Shown here piece by piece: positions 34,622 to 44,316 of a DNA stretch of 64,000 nucleotides (its first letter is position 1; each line of letters opens with the position of its first letter). The stretch comes from an uncultured virus (IMG/VR IMGVR_UViG_3300045391_006705) (taxonomy: Duplodnaviria; Heunggongvirae; Uroviricota; Caudoviricetes). The stretch lies in IMG/VR virus record IMGVR_UViG_3300045391_006705; one strand, written 5' to 3'. A program made the position numbers and the translations under genes. The notes under the pieces are model-generated. The model searched no databases. It was not told the DNA's origin and saw only the letters and a program-made list of their open reading frames with translations.

Positions 34622-34994
34622 CGAGCCGGAATGGGGACGGACGTCCGCTGACGTGGGAGGAGGACTTCCGCCGGAACCAGCTGACGCTGGAGATCGGCCA
34701 GGGGACCTCGCCAAGCACGAACGGCGCGAACGGGACGTCTCCGACGCCACCCGCCGGGCCGTCCTCGACCGGGACGGCGGCCAGTGCCAAGCCTGCGGCG
34801 CCGTCTCCGGCCTCCAACTCCACCACCTCGAGTTCCGCTCCCAGGGCGGGGGGCACGGACGGGACAACCTCGTCACCCTCTGCTTCCGCTGCCACCGGCG
34901 CCTCCACGACGGGTTCCTCGACGTCGAGTACGTGGAGTGGAAGCCCGGCCGCTGGGCCTTCTTCTGCCGGCGCGGGCCGGCCCGCAACCCGTAA
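34611..34994 (+). CDS. HNH endonuclease
   Basis: VLDRDGGQCQAC..HH..RSQGG..NLVTLCFRCH..H. Confidence 0.85.
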   Translation: MDRDEPEWGRTSADVGGGLPPEPADAGDRPGDLAKHERRERDVSDATRRAVLDRDGGQCQACGAVSGLQLHHLEFRSQGGGHGRDNLVTLCFRCHRRLHDGFLDVEYVEWKPGRWAFFCRRGPARNP

Positions 34995-35004
34995 AGGAGC
35001 CGAC

Positions 35005-35505
35005 GTGAACCTGCCAGCCGTCAAGGAATACGCCGCCGAGCTCGGCGCCCTGATCGACCGGGTCGACCACGGTCAGCACAGCATCGCCCAGATGAAGGCG
35101 CTGATGCGGGCCGCCGACCAGGCCGGCGAGCGGGAGCAGCAACTCCGCCTGGCCCAGCAGAAGGCGAATGCGGAGAAGCAGCTCGAGCAACTCATGGCCG
35201 CGCTCCGGTCCCACGCGCGGCGCGACGACCTCGAGGCGGCGCGGACGCTGCACTTCGACATCGCCGCCCGGATCGACCTCGCCCTGGAGGAATACCTCCG
35301 CTGGCGCCGGGCCCTGGCCGAGTTCGAGTTCGACGCCTCGGAGGACCGGTTCCTGCCGGCCGAGGACGCCGAGCCGGGCCCCGGCCAGCTTCGCGTCACG
35401 CGGGCCGCCGCCGAGACCGGCCTCGACCGCCACAAGCGGCTCGCCGAACGGCGGGTCGAGCACGCGGCGGCCCTGGTGCCCGAGCGGCCCGTGGTGCTCG
35501 TGTGA
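35005..35505 (+). CDS. hypothetical helical protein
   Basis: AAGGAG RBS, GTG start. Confidence 0.7.
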   Translation: MNLPAVKEYAAELGALIDRVDHGQHSIAQMKALMRAADQAGEREQQLRLAQQKANAEKQLEQLMAALRSHARRDDLEAARTLHFDIAARIDLALEEYLRWRRALAEFEFDASEDRFLPAEDAEPGPGQLRVTRAAAETGLDRHKRLAERRVEHAAALVPERPVVLV

Positions 35506-35918
35506 GGTCGGGGACGCTCGCGGCCTGCGTCGGCGCGGCCGTCGGCGGCCTCCTGGCCCTCGGCACGGCGCTCGCCGCCTCCTGCATGAGCGGCGGTCCG
35601 GGCGCGGCCGCTCCCTCCACCTTCGCGTGGCTGGCCGTCCGCAACGAGGGCATGGGCCCCGTCCGGGTCTACGACGGCAACGGCGCCATCGTGGGCACGA
35701 TCGACGTCGGCGGCGCGCGCCGCTGCCTCCGCTTCCAGGCCGGATCCGCCGAGGTCCGATTCCACCTCGTCGCGGGGCTCGATGGCGACGATGCCTGGAC
35801 CCAGCCGGTGTCGGTCGAGCCCGGCCAGGTCTGGCGGATCGAGGTCGGCCCCGGCCACGCGCGGCTCCGCTACGACGCCCTGAGCCTGGTGCCGGACCGC
35901 CCGGGGTCGTGCGGATGA
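35502..35918 (+). CDS. putative lipoprotein
   Basis: Hydrophobic signal ending LAASC. Confidence 0.6.
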   Translation: MRSGTLAACVGAAVGGLLALGTALAASCMSGGPGAAAPSTFAWLAVRNEGMGPVRVYDGNGAIVGTIDVGGARRCLRFQAGSAEVRFHLVAGLDGDDAWTQPVSVEPGQVWRIEVGPGHARLRYDALSLVPDRPGSCG

Positions 35919-36103
35919 TCTTCGAGACGGAGGAGGAACTCGCGCGGGCGGTCATTGCCGCCGTCGACGCCCTCAATTACGCCCTGCGGCGGGCCTCGGA
36001 TGCCGACCTCCATTGCACCGTGACCACCAGCGAGCGGCGCGAACTCGGGCGGCTGCCGCACCTGGTGATCGTGCACGCGGACGTTTTCAAGCGACTCCCA
36101 TAG
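35915..36103 (+). CDS. hypothetical protein
   Basis: ATGA overlap. Confidence 0.65.
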   Translation: MIFETEEELARAVIAAVDALNYALRRASDADLHCTVTTSERRELGRLPHLVIVHADVFKRLP

Positions 36104-36111
36104 GAGCATCA

Positions 36112-36744
36112 GTGGACATTCTGGGGTTGAGCGGCAAGGCGCAGGTCGGCAAGGACTACATCTTCGAGCATTACCTCGCGGTACACTACCACCGCGTGGC
36201 CCTGGCTGACCATTTCAAGATCGCGACGATCGGGCGCGGGGAGGCGACGCGCGAGGAGGTCTTCGTCACCAAGCCGCCGCACGTGCGGGCGGCGCTCCAG
36301 CGCATGGGCACGGAGGAGGGCCGGAACCTCTACGGCGAGGACATCTGGTGCCGGACGACGTTCGCCTGGCTGGAGCATTGGGCCGCCACCTGGAAGATAG
36401 AGGCCTTCTGCATCGTCGACTGCCGCTTCCGGAACGAGGTCGAATTCATCCAGCGGCACGGCGGCAAGGTCGTCCGCATCGTGGCCCCGACGCGGGCCGC
36501 CGACAGTTCGCTCGACGACCGGGCGCGGGCCCACCAGAGCGAGACGGAACTGGACGACTTCGACGGCTTCGACTTCTACGTGGTCAACGAGCCGGGCGCC
36601 TTCATCTCGGACCTCCAGCACCAGTTGGACTACGGGTACGTCTACCCACCCGGCTTCGACGCCGCCCAGGTGGCGGAGTTGCGCCGGCGCGAGGCCGAGG
36701 TCGCCGCCCAGGCCCGAGCGCGCCTCGCGGGGGCGGCCGCATGA
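36112..36744 (+). CDS. deoxynucleoside monophosphate kinase
   Basis: GLSGKAQVGKD; LQRMGTE; DCRFRNE; HQSET. Confidence 0.9.
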   Translation: MDILGLSGKAQVGKDYIFEHYLAVHYHRVALADHFKIATIGRGEATREEVFVTKPPHVRAALQRMGTEEGRNLYGEDIWCRTTFAWLEHWAATWKIEAFCIVDCRFRNEVEFIQRHGGKVVRIVAPTRAADSSLDDRARAHQSETELDDFDGFDFYVVNEPGAFISDLQHQLDYGYVYPPGFDAAQVAELRRREAEVAAQARARLAGAAA

Positions 36745-37472
36745 GCCGGCAGACGCTGATCGTCGACCTCGACGGCACCATCGTCAAGTGCGGCAGGTAC
36801 TACAACCAGGCCAACGCCATGATCGCCGCCGGCATCGCCGAGGCCTTCGGCGTCAGGGAGGCGCACGCCCGCGAGCTGATGGAGTGGCTCGACGTCTGGG
36901 CGATCCGGGCCCAGGCGGAGGCCGGCTTCACGCGCGAGCGGTTCCCCCGCTCGATGGGCGCGGCCGTCCTGGCCGCCGGCGTCGTCATGGCCGACCGGGC
37001 CGACCCGGCGATCGCCCACTGGGCCTACAAGACGGCCGACGCCGTGTTCGAGGCGCCGTACGAGCCCTTCGACGGGGCCCTGGACGCCCTCCGCGCCTAC
37101 CGGGACGCGGGTTGGCGGCTCGTCGTCTACACCAAGGGGGATCCGGAGATCCAGGCGCGGAAGGTCGACATCAACGGCATCCGGGACCTCGTCGACGCGG
37201 TCGAGATCACGCCCGCCAAGACGGTCGACACGCTCCGCGCCCTGCTCGAGCGGCACGACGTCGACGTCCTGGCCTCGGCGTACGTCGGGGACTCCGTGCG
37301 CGACGACATGACGCCGGCCAACGCGCTCGGCCTCTACGCCGTCCGCGTCCGGCAGGCGCCGGAGGACCACTGGGGCCACGAGGCGCTCGAGGACGCCGTC
37401 TCGGACGCGGTCATCGACGCCCTGGCGGACCTGCCGCGCGTCCTGGCCCCCGCCGGCGGCAACCCCGGATGA
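36741..37472 (+). CDS. HAD-superfamily hydrolase
   Basis: DLDGT; TKG; VGDS..DD. Confidence 0.9.
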   Translation: MSRQTLIVDLDGTIVKCGRYYNQANAMIAAGIAEAFGVREAHARELMEWLDVWAIRAQAEAGFTRERFPRSMGAAVLAAGVVMADRADPAIAHWAYKTADAVFEAPYEPFDGALDALRAYRDAGWRLVVYTKGDPEIQARKVDINGIRDLVDAVEITPAKTVDTLRALLERHDVDVLASAYVGDSVRDDMTPANALGLYAVRVRQAPEDHWGHEALEDAVSDAVIDALADLPRVLAPAGGNPG

Positions 37473-38047
37473 CGCCCCGCCGGCGCAAGGCGGGCGGCCG
37501 CGTGACCGAGCGCGTCCTGGCCTTCGACATCTCCAGCGTGTGCGTGGGCTGGTCTGTCTGGGTGAACGGCGAACTCGAGCGCCACGGCAAGTTCGGCCAG
37601 CAGGGCGAAGACCACGGCGAGCGCCTCGCGTGCTTCCGCCACTGGCTCCTGGGCACCTTCAAGCAGTTCACGCCGGACCAGGTGGTGTACGAGCGGCCGT
37701 ACTCCGGCCGGCGCCGGAACGCCTACGGCGTGCTGCAACTCTACGTGGCGGCCCTGCTCATCGCCCATTGGGAGCATTTCGAGCGGGAGATCCCCGTGGC
37801 GAACTCCGTGCCGGCCCGCGAGGTCAAGCGCCGGAACCGGATGCGCAAGGGCAAAGACCACGAGGCCAACAAGCGGATCGCGGTGCTGCTCGCCAACCGG
37901 CTCTACGGCCTCCGGCTCAAGTACAAGTCCAACGACCGGAAGAAGGCCGTCAGCCAGGACGACGTCGCGGACGCGATCCTGCTCGGGCGCGCCTGGCTCC
38001 TGGCCGAGCGGCCGTTCCTGGTGCCCGACGACCGCGACGACGACTGA
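37469..38047 (+). CDS. RuvC-like Holliday junction resolvase
   Basis: VLAFDIS..GW; VYE; DDVADAI. Confidence 0.8.
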   Translation: MTPRRRKAGGRVTERVLAFDISSVCVGWSVWVNGELERHGKFGQQGEDHGERLACFRHWLLGTFKQFTPDQVVYERPYSGRRRNAYGVLQLYVAALLIAHWEHFEREIPVANSVPAREVKRRNRMRKGKDHEANKRIAVLLANRLYGLRLKYKSNDRKKAVSQDDVADAILLGRAWLLAERPFLVPDDRDDD

Positions 38048-38058
38048 GGTAACGCCTC

Positions 38059-38340
38059 CTGAACGAGGACCATCTGCTGTCGCGCATCGCCATCGACCAA
38101 CTCCTGGCGCCGCTGCCCGAGGCCGACCGGACCATGATCCTCCTGATCTCCCAGGTGGAGCTGCCGGCCGACTGGGGCGGGCGCCCGATCACGTACGCCG
38201 AGGTCGGGGCCTACATCGGTCTGCGCTTCGAGGGGAAGGTGCTGTCCGAGGCCGCGATCCGCTACCGCCGGGACGAAATCATGAAGCGCCTGCGCGGTGA
38301 GCGCGGCGACCTGCGGCGCGCGGCGCGCAAGGGGGCCTGA
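38059..38340 (+). CDS. stand-alone sigma region-4-like HTH protein (probable CTG start)
   Basis: LPEADRTMILL..ITYAEVG..LSEAAIRYRRDEIMKRLR; GAGGT 8 nt before CTG 38059. Confidence 0.65.
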   Translation: MNEDHLLSRIAIDQLLAPLPEADRTMILLISQVELPADWGGRPITYAEVGAYIGLRFEGKVLSEAAIRYRRDEIMKRLRGERGDLRRAARKGA

Positions 38341-38465
38341 TGCTGACGATCCTGTTCCTGCCGGTCCTCCTGGCCGACGCCCTCGGCCTGGCCGCCCTCG
38401 CCGCCCTGCTCAACTCCTTCCTGCCGCCGGCGGACGTCCGCCGCGCGAGGCGCCCCGGCCGCTGA
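38340..38465 (+). CDS. small hydrophobic peptide
   Basis: TGATG coupling; MLTILFLPVLLADALGLAALAALL. Confidence 0.5.
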   Translation: MLTILFLPVLLADALGLAALAALLNSFLPPADVRRARRPGR

Positions 38466-38569
38466 GGCCGTAGGCGGGCCCCGCGCGGGCCCCGAATCGC
38501 CGAAAATCCGGAAGAACGCCGGAAAACCGCCCCGAACGGGGCGAAAACCGCCCGGCTGCGCCCCGCGCG

Positions 38570-38600
38570 CCTGCGCGGGCGCCGCGTCCCGGGCGACGTA
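38570..38600 (+). promoter_or_regulatory. class II promoter-like motif (copy 3)
   Basis: CCTGCG-N18-CGACGTA. Confidence 0.65.
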
Positions 38601-38636
38601 CCCACAGGGCCCCGAACGAGCGGCCCCGGTCCCGAC

Positions 38637-39011
38637 ATGGACGACACACGATTCAACGACATGTACCTGCCCAGGTACAAGGCCGTGATCGAGGCGCTTG
38701 CCCGCAAGGTGGCGCGCCGCAACCACGAGCTCTACGAGGACCTGGTCCAGACCGGGTACATCGCCCTGTGGCAGCTGGAGCCCGAGCACGCGACCCAGAA
38801 CGAGGACGCGTGGATCCGGTCGCTCATCTACAACAAGATGGTGAGCGTCTGGCGGCGCGAGAAGCGCCGGGCCAACGAGTCCCTGGAGACGATGCTCGAG
38901 CGCGGCGCCCAGGTGGCGGAGAACGACGCGGGCGAGGCGCAGATCATCGTGCCGCGCGGCGGTCGCCGGCGGACGCCGCCGGCCGACTACGACACGGGGG
39001 AGGAGGAGTGA
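38637..39011 (+). CDS. stand-alone sigma region-2 protein
   Basis: Y..VI..LARK..EDLVQTGYIALW..WI..I.NKM..WRRE; no region 4. Confidence 0.8.
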   Translation: MDDTRFNDMYLPRYKAVIEALARKVARRNHELYEDLVQTGYIALWQLEPEHATQNEDAWIRSLIYNKMVSVWRREKRRANESLETMLERGAQVAENDAGEAQIIVPRGGRRRTPPADYDTGEEE

Positions 39012-39015
39012 CCGG

Positions 39016-40179
39016 ATGACCGAACCGAAGCGGCGCGCGCAGAAGACGTACCGCCAGCCGATCGCGTACGAGATCGGGAAGGACCTGCCGCAGGAGCAGT
39101 ACGAGGCGATCATGGTGGCCGTCGGCGACTGGTTCCGCGAGTGGCGGGCCACCGACGAGCCGATGGCCGACGCCCGGTTCCGGATCAAGTGCTGCCTCGA
39201 GGGGACGACGATCGAGGGGCAGCCGTGGTTCAGCGCCTGGAACTCGACGTTCGCGGCGCGGATGCGGATGCTCTGCCGGTTCGACATCGAGAAGATGCAG
39301 CCCATCCGGACCGGGGACGAGAAGCGCCGGCAGCGGAAGCAGGCGACGCGGGAGAAGGAGTACGCCGCCCGGCGCGCCGGCAACGCGGCCAACGACCCGC
39401 ACATCCCCGAGCTGACGAAGGGCGAGCTCAACGGCGCCGTGAATTACGGCACGAAGGCCCTCCCCGTCACGGACGCCGAGCAGCGGACGTGGGAGGAGTA
39501 CCGGGACGCCTACCTCATCCAGTTCCCCGAGTTGCGGACGGTGAACGCGAAGGGGGAGCTGTCCATGCTCTGCGACCTGCACGTGGTGCACGAGCGGAAC
39601 CGGCTCAAGCTGCTCAAGGGGGAGCGGATCGACGCCAACGCGCTGCTCGACACCACGCGCATGATCGCGGACCTCAAAAAGGCGCTCGGCATCCATCCGG
39701 ACCAACTGCAGAAGCGGGTCGACAAGGACCGCACGGGCTCCCTGGCCGACGCGGTCGCGCGGTTCGAGTCGATGCCGCAGGCGGTGCGGGACAAGTTCCT
39801 GGCCGAGGAACTCCTCCTGCTGTGGCAGATGTACCAGACGCCGTCGCCGCGCGGGGACGGATCGGGCTACCAACTGGACGAGGTGGGGCTGTTCGGCGCC
39901 ACGCGGTGCGCCACCTGCGCCTGCGCGAAGTGCGGCCACGTGAACTTCCGGGGCCTCTCGGTCGAGCAGATCCAGGGGTGGCTCGAGAAGAAGCGGTACC
40001 TCGTGCCGGACGAGGACCCGGTTCCGGAGACGGCCGGCGGCGACCTTGACACGCAGACGGGGCCGGATGCGCCTGCGCCGGAATCGACCGGGGGCCCCGC
40101 CGCGCCGTCCTCGGAGCCCGCGCCGGGCGGCGACCCGGCCGAGCCGGGGCATCGCGACTTTTCGGAGAACGACGACTGA
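39016..40179 (+). CDS. putative terminase small subunit
   Basis: Directly upstream of TerL; LKKALGI..QL motif; CxxC x2. Confidence 0.5.
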   Translation: MTEPKRRAQKTYRQPIAYEIGKDLPQEQYEAIMVAVGDWFREWRATDEPMADARFRIKCCLEGTTIEGQPWFSAWNSTFAARMRMLCRFDIEKMQPIRTGDEKRRQRKQATREKEYAARRAGNAANDPHIPELTKGELNGAVNYGTKALPVTDAEQRTWEEYRDAYLIQFPELRTVNAKGELSMLCDLHVVHERNRLKLLKGERIDANALLDTTRMIADLKKALGIHPDQLQKRVDKDRTGSLADAVARFESMPQAVRDKFLAEELLLLWQMYQTPSPRGDGSGYQLDEVGLFGATRCATCACAKCGHVNFRGLSVEQIQGWLEKKRYLVPDEDPVPETAGGDLDTQTGPDAPAPESTGGPAAPSSEPAPGGDPAEPGHRDFSENDD

Positions 40180-42359
40180 TGCTCGGCCGCATCATTTGGG
40201 ACGACCCGGACCTGGCGACGGTCCTCAAGGAGCCGCCGCTGACGGCCGAGGACATCGTGTCGGCGGACGTCGTCGGCCGGCCGGTCGTGCGGTTCCGGCT
40301 CGGGTACAACCAGGCCCTGGTCGCGCTCTCCGGCGTCGTCTCGGTGCCGCACGAGCGCCTCATGATCAACACCATGATGCTCGGGGCGCCGGAGAACATC
40401 AACGTCTCGAGCCGTGGCACGGCGAAGTCGACGACGGTGTGCGTCCTCGGGGCGTCGCTCCTGGCGATCCTCTATGGCAAGAAGCGCATCGTGACGCTGT
40501 CGGCCACCGGTTTCCGTGGTGGGCAGAACATATTCAATGAGTTGGAGCGCTGGGCCACCGGCGGTCGCTGGGACGACCAGGAGGACGTCGACCTCGCGGC
40601 CCGCTGCATCCAGCGGCAGGCGCCGCCCTCCAAGTCCCTCGTCCACCGGGGCCAGACGGCCTGGCAGATCGAGTTCGGGTCGCACTCGATCATGCGGACG
40701 CTGCCGACCAACAACGAGGACAAGATCCGGGGCGAGCGGGCCCAGGTCGTGTTCTTCGACGAGGCCAACACGGCCGACCCGACGCTGATCGACAAGGTCA
40801 TCAAGCCCTTCCTCAACGTGAAGACGGGCATGGCCACCGGCGGCGCGACGTCCGCCGCCAACATGGTGTTCTTCACCACCACGATCGACTATTCGTGGCG
40901 GCAGTTCATGCAGAAGGTGCAGGCGGCGCGGGACGCCCTGCAGCGCGACTTCGACGCCCGGCGCGCGGCCCTGCGCGGGGACTGGGCGACCTACGCGGAC
41001 CTCGAGCGGAACGACATCCTCGGGTCGACGTACGCCTGCTACGACTACACGGACACCATCGTCCGGGAGCGCGTCACGGCGCGGGACGGCCGCCGGTGGA
41101 AGGTGAACTACCCCAACGCCAACGTCCTCTTGGGGCGCCCGGCGCTCAAGTTCCGCGACTTCCCGCGCGGCATCCCGTTCTCGCGGCGCGGCCCGGACGG
41201 CCGGGTCCAGCGCGATGCGCCGACGGTGCGGGCGCTCACCACCTACGGCGTCGACAAGGACCGGATCGAGCGCGACCTGTATAGCGGCTCCGTGGAGGAG
41301 GCGATCTGGCTGGCGGAGCAGCGGAACGTCGTCGACACGGCGGGCGGCGACGTGTACCCGCACGGCCTGATGGACAAGGTCGCGAGCTTCGCCAACAACG
41401 CGATCCTGCCGTGGATCGAGTGCGGCGCCCGCTGGAAGGAGGCCTATTCGGAGGACCGGGGCTACTTCGCGCCGGTGATGTACGAATGCGAGGATCCCTG
41501 CGTCCTCGGCGTCGACGTCGCCTCCGGCGCCCGCGACTTCGCGGCCTTCACCGTCATCCGGATCGGCCCCATCGCGGAGGGGGAGTTCGACCCCATGGGG
41601 ACCAAGGCCCTCGGGCGCACCGACTGGTCGAACGTCGTGTGGTGCGAGCAGCACCGGCTGCTCAGCTACAAGGACATCGCCGACAAGATCCACGCCCTGC
41701 GCGCCCGCTACAACCTCTACAGCGTCCACGAGCCGTGGAAGGACGACTGGGAGTGGTGCCGGGCCATCGGGATGGACGACCGGGGCGGCGGCCGGGCGGT
41801 GCGCGACGCCCTGATCCACCTCGACCGCGCCGACGAGGAGCTCGACGGCCAGGTGCGGATCTACGATCCGTTCGACGACGACCCGAAGGTGCAGGGCTTC
41901 AAGCGGGCGCCGAACCTCCCGATCCTGGACCTCATCGCCGCCCAGGACACCACGAACGACCGCCTGGTCGAGTTCACCCTGGCCCAGATGAAGGTGGGCC
42001 GGCTCTACCTCCCCAAGTGGCTCGAGGAATCGCAGCGGCCGGACCGCGACCCGAAGGTCGCCCCCGGCTACCTCGGCACCCGCGTGCTGGAGAGCCAACT
42101 GCGCCGGATCCAGCAGGAGCCCACCGCCCGGGCCCGGAAGTTCTACATGCCCGGCAACACCGAGGACGTCAAGAACAAGAAGGACGCGTTCTCGAGCTTC
42201 ATCTACGCCGCCAAGCAGCTGCGCGCGCACCTGCTGCGGGTCAAGTCGATCGAGGACCGGCCGCCGAACATGGGCGCGTCGGTCTCGCGCGTCAACTCCA
42301 AGCGAGGGATGGGATATGGACCAGGACGAGGCACCAGGGCGCCCGGAAGCCGCCTCTGA
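40179..42359 (+). CDS. terL: terminase large subunit
   Basis: SRGTAKST, IRGER..FFDEA, LGVDVA, KKDAFSS. Confidence 0.9.
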   Translation: MLGRIIWDDPDLATVLKEPPLTAEDIVSADVVGRPVVRFRLGYNQALVALSGVVSVPHERLMINTMMLGAPENINVSSRGTAKSTTVCVLGASLLAILYGKKRIVTLSATGFRGGQNIFNELERWATGGRWDDQEDVDLAARCIQRQAPPSKSLVHRGQTAWQIEFGSHSIMRTLPTNNEDKIRGERAQVVFFDEANTADPTLIDKVIKPFLNVKTGMATGGATSAANMVFFTTTIDYSWRQFMQKVQAARDALQRDFDARRAALRGDWATYADLERNDILGSTYACYDYTDTIVRERVTARDGRRWKVNYPNANVLLGRPALKFRDFPRGIPFSRRGPDGRVQRDAPTVRALTTYGVDKDRIERDLYSGSVEEAIWLAEQRNVVDTAGGDVYPHGLMDKVASFANNAILPWIECGARWKEAYSEDRGYFAPVMYECEDPCVLGVDVASGARDFAAFTVIRIGPIAEGEFDPMGTKALGRTDWSNVVWCEQHRLLSYKDIADKIHALRARYNLYSVHEPWKDDWEWCRAIGMDDRGGGRAVRDALIHLDRADEELDGQVRIYDPFDDDPKVQGFKRAPNLPILDLIAAQDTTNDRLVEFTLAQMKVGRLYLPKWLEESQRPDRDPKVAPGYLGTRVLESQLRRIQQEPTARARKFYMPGNTEDVKNKKDAFSSFIYAAKQLRAHLLRVKSIEDRPPNMGASVSRVNSKRGMGYGPGRGTRAPGSRL

Positions 42360-42576
42360 GGACGGGCTGACGGACGGCATGAAGGCGGAACTCGAGGCGC
42401 GGTTCGAGGAGTTCGAGACCGGCATGCGGGACGACCCCGCCTTCGACCCCCAGGCGTACGTGCGCCGGATCGTGGGGGAGCGCAACATGCTCGCCGCCAC
42501 CGCGCACCTCGTCGGGGTGCGCCTCGCGCGCATGCGCCGGGCCGCCAAGAGCAAGGGATTCGACGTCGGCATCTGA
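42316..42576 (+). CDS. hypothetical protein
   Basis: High GC3; overlaps TerL end. Confidence 0.6.
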   Translation: MDQDEAPGRPEAASEDGLTDGMKAELEARFEEFETGMRDDPAFDPQAYVRRIVGERNMLAATAHLVGVRLARMRRAAKSKGFDVGI

Positions 42577-42609
42577 GGCAGGACCACCCCATAACGGAAA
42601 GGAACGGAA

Positions 42610-44316
42610 ATGCGACCAGCCACCCTGCTCGCGGCCCTCGCCCTGTGCGTCGCGGCCTGCTCCAGCCCGGACGCCCCGCTGCGGGCTCCCGGGGCCGCCC
42701 GCGCCGACTTGCGCGGCGACGGCGATTACATCGTCCGCCTCCGGAAGGGCGCGGCCGCCGGCGCCGACCTCGCCGCCGAGCACGGCGCCGCCCCGCGCTA
42801 CGTCTACCGGCTGGTGTTCCAGGGCTTCGCGGCCCGCCTGACGGCCGGCCAGGCGGCGGCCCTGGCCGCCGATCCGAGGGTGCTGTCCGTCACGCCGGAC
42901 GGCCGGGTGTACCCGACCACGGACGAGGTCTCGCCCAGCTGGGGGCTCGACCGCGTCGACCAGCGGACCCTGCCGCTCAACGGCGTCTACGCCTACGCCG
43001 ATTCCGGCGCCGGCGTGACCGTGTACGACATCGACACCGGCATCGATTCCGTGCATTCGGATTTCGCCGGTCGCGTCGGGCAGGGCACGACCTTCGTCGC
43101 CGACGGCAACGGCACCCAGGACTGCAACGGGCACGGGACGCACACGGCCGGCACCATCGGCGGCCGGGTCTACGGGGTGGCCAAGGGCGTGACCCTGGTG
43201 CCCGTCCGCGTCTTCGGCTGCAGCGGCGGCGCCGACTACAGCACCGTGATCGCGGCCGTCGAATGGGTCACGGCGAACGCGCACCGGCCGGCCGTCGTGA
43301 ACATGTCGCTCGGCGGCCCGTTCGACCAGGCGACGGACGACGCGGTCGCGGCCTCCATCGCGGCGGGCATCGTCTACTCGATCAGCGCCGGCAACTCCGG
43401 CACCGACGCCTGCACCCAGAGCCCGGCGGCGACCCCGGCGGCGATCACGGTCGGGGCGACGGACATCAACGACGCCAAGCCTTCGTGGTCGAACTTCGGG
43501 CCGTGCGTGGACCTCTGGGCGCCCGGCGTCGGCATCACGTCCGACTGGTACACCGGCGGCACCGCCATCCTGAGCGGCACGTCCATGGCGGCGCCCCACG
43601 TCACGGGCGCGGCGGCGAGGGTCCTGGGCGCCAGCCCCGGCCTGTCGCCGGCGCAGGTGGACTCGGTCGTCAAGGCCCGGTCCACGAAGAGCGCCCTCGT
43701 GGATTCGGTCCTCGTCGGCGACCTGCTCTACACCGGCTACGACACCATGGCCGTTCCGCCGCCCTCCAGCCGCCCGACCGCCGATTTCACCTGGTCGTGC
43801 GTGACCACGCGGTGCGCCTTCCGGGACGCGAGCACGACGCCCGACACGTCGCACATCGTCTCCTGGAACTGGCGCTTCGATGACAACGATCCGTCGTCGG
43901 CGCAGAACCCGTCGGCGGCGTTCCACTACGGCGCCCAGCCGGGGCAGTGCTGCACCTCGACGCACGTGACCCTGTCGGTCGTGAACTCGTGGGGCCTCGG
44001 GAACCAGGTCTCGAAGACCCTCAACCTGATCTCCCCCATCGCCCTTTCCGCCGCCGCGCGGCGCGCCAAGGGGACGGACTACGTCGATCTCACCTGGGCC
44101 GGCGCGCGGGGCGACACCGTCCTCGTCTACCGCCAGGCCGTCGGTGGGGTGAGTTCCCTGGTCAGCTACCACCTGCCCAACACCGGCCGGTTCACGGACC
44201 AACTGCCCAAGCTCAGCGGCCGGACGGCCAACGGCATCACGTGGTACTACAGCCTGTGCGAGTTCGCGGCGCTGTACGCCGACTGGCAGTGCGCGATCTT
44301 CCTCCAGGCCAAGTGA
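42610..44316 (+). CDS. subtilisin-like S8 protease lipoprotein (I9 propeptide, PKD-like C-terminus)
   Basis: Lipobox VAAC; WGLDRVDQ, DTG, HGTHTAG, GTSMAAPHV. Confidence 0.95.
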   Translation: MRPATLLAALALCVAACSSPDAPLRAPGAARADLRGDGDYIVRLRKGAAAGADLAAEHGAAPRYVYRLVFQGFAARLTAGQAAALAADPRVLSVTPDGRVYPTTDEVSPSWGLDRVDQRTLPLNGVYAYADSGAGVTVYDIDTGIDSVHSDFAGRVGQGTTFVADGNGTQDCNGHGTHTAGTIGGRVYGVAKGVTLVPVRVFGCSGGADYSTVIAAVEWVTANAHRPAVVNMSLGGPFDQATDDAVAASIAAGIVYSISAGNSGTDACTQSPAATPAAITVGATDINDAKPSWSNFGPCVDLWAPGVGITSDWYTGGTAILSGTSMAAPHVTGAAARVLGASPGLSPAQVDSVVKARSTKSALVDSVLVGDLLYTGYDTMAVPPPSSRPTADFTWSCVTTRCAFRDASTTPDTSHIVSWNWRFDDNDPSSAQNPSAAFHYGAQPGQCCTSTHVTLSVVNSWGLGNQVSKTLNLISPIALSAAARRAKGTDYVDLTWAGARGDTVLVYRQAVGGVSSLVSYHLPNTGRFTDQLPKLSGRTANGITWYYSLCEFAALYADWQCAIFLQAK

